A model generated the notes under the pieces. That model searched no databases and was not told the origin of the DNA. It saw only the letters and a list, made by a program, of their open reading frames with translations. Source: Sulfurovum sp. (GTDB taxonomy: Bacteria; Campylobacterota; Campylobacteria; Campylobacterales; Sulfurovaceae). From it: 64,000 nt of DNA. The position numbers and the translations under genes are program-made. The stretch is taken from NCBI GenBank assembly GCA_020525365.1, contig JAIZOF010000001.1, forward strand, positions 889,456 through 953,455, read 5' to 3'. Below are positions 59,301 through 64,000 of the stretch, piece after piece. Within the stretch, counting starts at the first letter, position 1; each line of letters starts with the position of its first letter.

Positions 59301-59435
59301 ATGAAAAGAACATATCAACCACATAATACACCAAGAAAAAGAACACATGGTTTTAGAGTAAGAATGAAAACAAAAAATGGAAGAAAAGTAATTGCTGCAA
59401 GAAGAGCAAAAGGAAGAAAAAGATTGGCAGCATAA
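59301..59435 (+). CDS. rpmH: 50S ribosomal protein L34
   Basis: Not in the track at 44 aa. Hand translation gives [44 protein letters not shown]. Confidence 0.95.
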   Translation: MKRTYQPHNTPRKRTHGFRVRMKTKNGRKVIAARRAKGRKRLAA

Positions 59436-59775
59436 TATTATCGCTAAAATTAAACATTTTATTCGGATTAAGACCAGTAAAGAGTTTGATGGAGTTTATG
59501 GTCACTCCACAAAGGTTTGGCACACCCCTTACTTTGTACTTTTCTATCAACGGTTAAATAGTTTTAAGGTGGGTTTTGTTGCCAGCAAGAAAATGGGAAA
59601 TGCGGTACACAGAAATAGGGCAAAACGTTTACTTAGGGCGCATTTTATTGAAAATATTGATTGCCTTAAAAGTGGTTCTTATGTGCTTGTTGCTAAATCG
59701 GCACTTTTGAATGAATCATACTTGGTAATCCGTAAAGCCTATTTGCATACGCTTAAAAAATGTACTGCGCTGTAA
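59392..59775 (+). CDS. rnpA: Ribonuclease P protein component (start codon uncertain)
   Basis: [11 protein letters not shown]...[21 protein letters not shown] is the RnpA signature. There is no in-frame ATG or GTG before the conserved core. The candidate start is TTG 59392, inside rpmH and out of frame with it. Confidence 0.8.
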   Translation: MLQEEQKEEKDWQHNIIAKIKHFIRIKTSKEFDGVYGHSTKVWHTPYFVLFYQRLNSFKVGFVASKKMGNAVHRNRAKRLLRAHFIENIDCLKSGSYVLVAKSALLNESYLVIRKAYLHTLKKCTAL

Positions 59776-59836
59776 TACATCCCGATTAAAACAGAATTTA
59801 ACACAGTTAAGACTATACTGTGAGCATCACAATTAA

Positions 59837-61480
59837 TTGACTAAAGGTACAATTTTGGAACAACAAGATTTAAATAAACGATTACTTTTGGCCCTCGCTC
59901 TCTCCTTCCTTGTATTTACAGGCTACAGTTATCTCTTTGTGCCACAAAAATCACTATCTTCTTCCAAGCAGACACAGGTGGTATCAAAAGTGGTACCATC
60001 ACCGGTACTTTCTTCTACAAAAAAAGTACCTAGTACTGTACAATCTACCTCAGATAAAACAATTAAGAATATACCTGTGATTACATCAAATATATTGTTA
60101 ACAATTGTTTCCAATACATTCAAAATGGATATTGATAAGCTTGGACGTATTGTACAGTTTGAGCTTTTGGAGAAAAAATATCAAAATACAGAGGGACATA
60201 ACCTTCAAATATTAGGTAAAGATAAGGCAAAACCACTTGAAATCCGTTTTACTGACACAGCATTAAATGAAGAAGCATTTAAAACACCCTATATCCCATC
60301 TGTAGATGGTGTACAGGATGCTAGAAATAAAGCAGTGACAGTGACATTGACACAGACACTTTCCAAGGTTACTGTGACCAAAAAACTAACAGTACAACCT
60401 AGCGGTGCCTATAGATTAGAGGTTAAGCTGAGCAATCCAGTATCTTATTTTGTTACACCAGGACACAGACCTATGGCAGATACATCTATGTATATGCTCG
60501 TGCGTGGTGCGTTGGTCAAGACGCCCGATGGTGTTGTTAAGACTATAGAGGATGGTGATGCCAAGGGAGATGAAGTATTTAGAAATGCTCTCATTGCTTC
60601 GGCATTTGATCGCTATGTGACAACAATGTTTTATAGCTTTGAGAAGAAGATGAATGTTTCTATTTTAAAAGAGGGAGAGGGAGAACCATTAATTTTTATA
60701 GCAGGAAAACCAGAATTGATATTGGGTGGATATATTGGTCCCAAAGAGTATAAAACCCTTGAAGCAATTAATCCTGAGTTGACAGACGCAATTGAGTTTG
60801 GATGGTTTACTTTCCTTTCAAAACCGTTTTTTAAAGTACTCTTGTGGATTCATAACCATATTGGTAACTGGGGATGGGCAATCATTCTTTTTACATTGCT
60901 GGTTAAACTGATACTTTTTCCTCTTTCTTATAAAGGGATGATGTCAATGCAGAAGCTTAAAGATTTGGCACCAAAGATGAAAGAGATTAGAGAGAAGTAT
61001 AAAGATGATTCAGCAAAACTTAATATGAAGATGATGGAGATGTACAAGAAGCATGGCGCTAATCCAATGGGTGGATGTCTACCAATGTTATTACAAATTC
61101 CAGTCTTTTTTGCCCTCTATCGTGTACTTCTTAATGCCAATGAACTTCAAGGTGCTGTATGGATTCCAGCATGGATAGAAAATCTTGCTACAGCTGATCC
61201 TTATTATATTCTTCCTATTTTAATGGGTTTTTCAATGTGGTTTCAGCAAAAGATTACACCAAATAACTTTACAGATCCACTACAGGAGAAGATTTTCCAA
61301 TTCTTTCCTGTATTAATGGCGTTAATGTTTATCATCATGCCTTTTCCTTCAGGGTTAGTGCTCTATTGGGTGGTTAATAATATCTTTACTATCGGACAAC
61401 AGTATGTGATTAATAATGCATATCAGAAGCAGAAAGTATCTGTGGTTGTAGCAGACAAGAAAAGAGGAGAACTCAAATGA
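59837..61480 (+). CDS. yidC: Membrane protein insertase YidC
   Basis: 547 aa. N-terminal TM, a large periplasmic domain and a C-terminal 60-kDa IMP core (GCLPMLLQIPVFFALY). The start is TTG 59837 or the TTG at 59855. Confidence 0.9.
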   Translation: MTKGTILEQQDLNKRLLLALALSFLVFTGYSYLFVPQKSLSSSKQTQVVSKVVPSPVLSSTKKVPSTVQSTSDKTIKNIPVITSNILLTIVSNTFKMDIDKLGRIVQFELLEKKYQNTEGHNLQILGKDKAKPLEIRFTDTALNEEAFKTPYIPSVDGVQDARNKAVTVTLTQTLSKVTVTKKLTVQPSGAYRLEVKLSNPVSYFVTPGHRPMADTSMYMLVRGALVKTPDGVVKTIEDGDAKGDEVFRNALIASAFDRYVTTMFYSFEKKMNVSILKEGEGEPLIFIAGKPELILGGYIGPKEYKTLEAINPELTDAIEFGWFTFLSKPFFKVLLWIHNHIGNWGWAIILFTLLVKLILFPLSYKGMMSMQKLKDLAPKMKEIREKYKDDSAKLNMKMMEMYKKHGANPMGGCLPMLLQIPVFFALYRVLLNANELQGAVWIPAWIENLATADPYYILPILMGFSMWFQQKITPNNFTDPLQEKIFQFFPVLMALMFIIMPFPSGLVLYWVVNNIFTIGQQYVINNAYQKQKVSVVVADKKRGELK

Positions 61481-62262
61481 CAAAGGTTGAAGCATCAACC
61501 CTTGAGGAGGCATATAGGCTTGTGGCCACAAAGCTCTCCTGTTCTGTGACAGAACTTCAATATGAGGTGATACAGTATCCCTCTAAAGGTCTCTTTGGGC
61601 TTTTCAAAAAGCAAGCAATTGTTGTTGCTACAAGAAAGAAGATATTAGATGATACAAATATTACTTCAGTAGCAACAGAGAAACTTTCTAGTAGAAGCAC
61701 CAACAGGAAAAAGAGTGCTCAGGAAGATATAATACCTATAGTAAAAAGTAATACTATTGTGGAAAATTTTTTTAATACAGATAATGCTGCTACTGATGTT
61801 GGGTTGGCACAGAGTATTGAAAAGAGCCTAAAGTATCTTATGAAGATATCTTGCTTTGATATAGATGTGGTGGAAGTAGATGTGGTGGATAGTACAGCAC
61901 TCATTTTTATTGATGGTGAGGATGCAGCACTGCTTATAGGCAAAGAAGGGTATCGTTATAATGCACTATCCTATATGCTCTCTAATTGGCTTCATACAAA
62001 ATATCAGTTTTATGTTAAGTTAGAGATTGCAGAATTTTTAACCTCTCAACAGGAAATGATTCGTAATTATATTCAACCAGTCATTGAGAATGTGCGGAAG
62101 TATGGCAAAGGAAAGACTCGTTTTTTCGATGGTATTTTAGTACAGATTGCACTTGAACAACTACGTGAAGCATTTCCAGACAAATATGTGGCAATTAAAA
62201 TTGGCAAATCAGGAAAACGTTTTGTTGTTGTCAATGAGTTCCACACAAAGTCTTATGACTGA
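61477..62262 (+). CDS. Jag/KhpB RNA-binding protein (Jag_N + KH)
   Basis: 261 aa. N-terminal Jag_N-like segment and KH GxxG (LLIGKEGYRYNAL). It occupies the conserved position between yidC and mnmE. Confidence 0.75.
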   Translation: MTKVEASTLEEAYRLVATKLSCSVTELQYEVIQYPSKGLFGLFKKQAIVVATRKKILDDTNITSVATEKLSSRSTNRKKSAQEDIIPIVKSNTIVENFFNTDNAATDVGLAQSIEKSLKYLMKISCFDIDVVEVDVVDSTALIFIDGEDAALLIGKEGYRYNALSYMLSNWLHTKYQFYVKLEIAEFLTSQQEMIRNYIQPVIENVRKYGKGKTRFFDGILVQIALEQLREAFPDKYVAIKIGKSGKRFVVVNEFHTKSYD

Positions 62263-63595
62263 TACTATTGCAGCTATTGCAACAGCCAATGGCATCTCCT
62301 CTATCTCTATCATACGTCTCAGTGGTGAGTATGCACTTGAAATTGCACAAAAGATTTCATCTTGTAAGAAGATTGTTCCAAGAAATGCACATTTGACTTC
62401 ACTTTATAATCAGCACAATAAGTTGATTGACCAAGCTATTTTAATCTATTTTGTTGCACCTCATAGTTTTACTGGAGAAGATATTGTTGAGTTTCAGTGT
62501 CATGGCGGCATGATTGTTGCACAAGAGATACTTGATACAGCTTGTTCTTTTGGTGCGCGACTTGCTAGACCTGGAGAATTTTCTAAACGAGCATTTCTTA
62601 ACGGCAAGATAGACCTTACTGAAGCAGAAGCAATCTCTAAACTGATTGAAGCCAAGAGCGTTAATGCTGCAAAGATATTGGTAAAGCAGATGAAGGGAGA
62701 GCTAAAGCAATTTGTAGAAGAGAGCAGAGAAGCATTGTTTCGCCTACTTGCTTACTCTGAAGTGATGATTGATTATGCTGAAGAGGATATTCCTGATGAT
62801 ACTACACTTAGTATTGCTTCTCAACTTGAAAATCTTATTGATAAAATAGAATATGTTGTTGACACTAGCCATCGAAGAAGAGGGCTTATCGAGGGTTTTA
62901 AGGTAGCAATTATTGGTAAGCCTAATGTAGGAAAGAGTTCTTTGCTTAATGCACTACTCTCTTATGAGCGTGCCATTGTTAGTGATATTGCAGGAACAAC
63001 ACGTGATACCATTGAGGAGCAAATACGCATTGGATCACATATTGTTCGCTTTGTTGATACAGCGGGAATACGTGAATCAAAGGATACTATTGAAAAAATT
63101 GGTATTGAGCGTTCAATGAATTCAGTTGAAGATGCTGACATTATCATTGCACTTTTTGATGGTTCAAGGTCTTTTGATATAGAAGATGAAAAAATTCTTT
63201 CTATCGTAGCAAATAGGAAAGAGAAGCACGCTATAATAGCAATTAACAAGTCTGATCTTAAACAGAAACTTCAAAAGGATATATTTAAAGATTTTGTCCC
63301 AATTGAGATAAGCACAAAGAGAGGTTTTAAAAAGCTTACAGAAGCATTAGAGCACTTTTTTGATTCCGTTGGAGAAGATGAGGAGTTGATGCTTATCTCT
63401 GCACGACAGATAGAGGCAGTAAAGAGAGCCAAAGATGCTATTCTTAAAGCGAAACAGCCATTAATAATGGGTGAATTAGAGTTTTTCTCTTATTATCTTC
63501 AAGAAGCCGTTAGAGCGATCTCATCAATTTCAAAACCCTATGATAATGAAGAAATACTAGATAAAATGTTTGGAGAATTCTGTCTTGGGAAGTAG
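62255..63595 (+). CDS. mnmE: tRNA modification GTPase MnmE
   Basis: MTDTIAAIATA..., G1 motif GKPNVGKSSLLNAL and C-terminal CLGK. ATG 62255 overlaps the jag stop. The track start 62147 is an upstream extension. Confidence 0.95.
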   Translation: MTDTIAAIATANGISSISIIRLSGEYALEIAQKISSCKKIVPRNAHLTSLYNQHNKLIDQAILIYFVAPHSFTGEDIVEFQCHGGMIVAQEILDTACSFGARLARPGEFSKRAFLNGKIDLTEAEAISKLIEAKSVNAAKILVKQMKGELKQFVEESREALFRLLAYSEVMIDYAEEDIPDDTTLSIASQLENLIDKIEYVVDTSHRRRGLIEGFKVAIIGKPNVGKSSLLNALLSYERAIVSDIAGTTRDTIEEQIRIGSHIVRFVDTAGIRESKDTIEKIGIERSMNSVEDADIIIALFDGSRSFDIEDEKILSIVANRKEKHAIIAINKSDLKQKLQKDIFKDFVPIEISTKRGFKKLTEALEHFFDSVGEDEELMLISARQIEAVKRAKDAILKAKQPLIMGELEFFSYYLQEAVRAISSISKPYDNEEILDKMFGEFCLGK

Positions 63596-63738
63596 AATTT
63601 TTAAAGGTAATACTCGCAGACAACAAAGAGGAAAAATTTTGTATAGAGGTTTTTTCAGTATTATGAAAAGATACCTAAAAGGAACTTGATTAAAGCTACT
63701 ATTGTATAATATGATACAATTTAGGAAGGATATAAGCA

Positions 63739-64000
63739 ATGAAAGCAATCTATAGGCTATTGATGATTTCTCTTGTTTTGTTTTGGTTCATGGCTGGGTG
63801 TACGCAACAAAAGACGCCACAGCTTTCGGGAGATCAGAATAGGTATGGACAGGACAGGTGGGGCAATAGCAGTAAAGAGGATGAGGAGAATATTGATATC
63901 TCTGATATTGACCAGATTCTAATTGAAAGTGGTACAGCAATAAATGATGAGACAGAAAAGGTTGCCCGTATTTCATTTCCTATGGATGAGTATAGCCTTC
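63739..64000 (+). CDS. Lipoprotein, N-terminal fragment (runs off the right edge)
   Basis: Hand translation gives MKAIYRLLMISLVLFWFMAGCTQQK... with lipobox FMAGC and an AGGAAGGA SD. The frame stays open to the window end. Confidence 0.5.
   Translation, partial: MKAIYRLLMISLVLFWFMAGCTQQKTPQLSGDQNRYGQDRWGNSSKEDEENIDISDIDQILIESGTAINDETEKVARISFPMDEYSL

Overview
AT-rich bacterial chromosomal window with about 70 protein genes. I found no rRNA, tRNA, CRISPR array, transposase or integrase. Gene content and synteny point to Campylobacterota (epsilonproteobacteria), probably a sulfur-oxidising member. The evidence is a four-subunit pyruvate:ferredoxin oxidoreductase in gamma-delta-alpha-beta order, petABC with a dihaem cytochrome c1, and an amiA-NMO-tyrS-spoT-rpoZ-pyrH block as in Helicobacter. 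A long TrmB, LuxS plus MtnN, and a sulfide:quinone oxidoreductase fit the same picture. Most of the window is housekeeping: leuDB, purU, glyS, rpoD, ftsEX-envC, fabD, trpC, pdxAJ, rpmH-rnpA-yidC-jag-mnmE and mnmG. The most unusual locus is 8642-12119. It is a reverse-strand cassette encoding a lipoprotein zinc metalloprotease plus three tandem paralogous ~180-aa secreted or lipoproteins of unknown family. The cassette sits inside a Yej/Opp-type peptide ABC importer operon, between the permease genes and the fused ATPase gene. My best candidate for an undescribed system is this protease plus paralog triad, possibly working with the flanking peptide importer. A second orphan locus is 55279-57290, four translationally coupled genes including a secreted protein built from exact 48-residue repeats. 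Other points of interest are a membrane-anchored, catalytically dead peptide deformylase homologue and an untracked 57-aa ORF coupled to sqr. There is also a substrate-binding protein with a C-terminal membrane anchor, a luxS-coupled small ORF, an apparently split MnmC, and an rpmH/rnpA out-of-frame overlap. All functional calls come from motif recognition by eye. No database search or computation was run.
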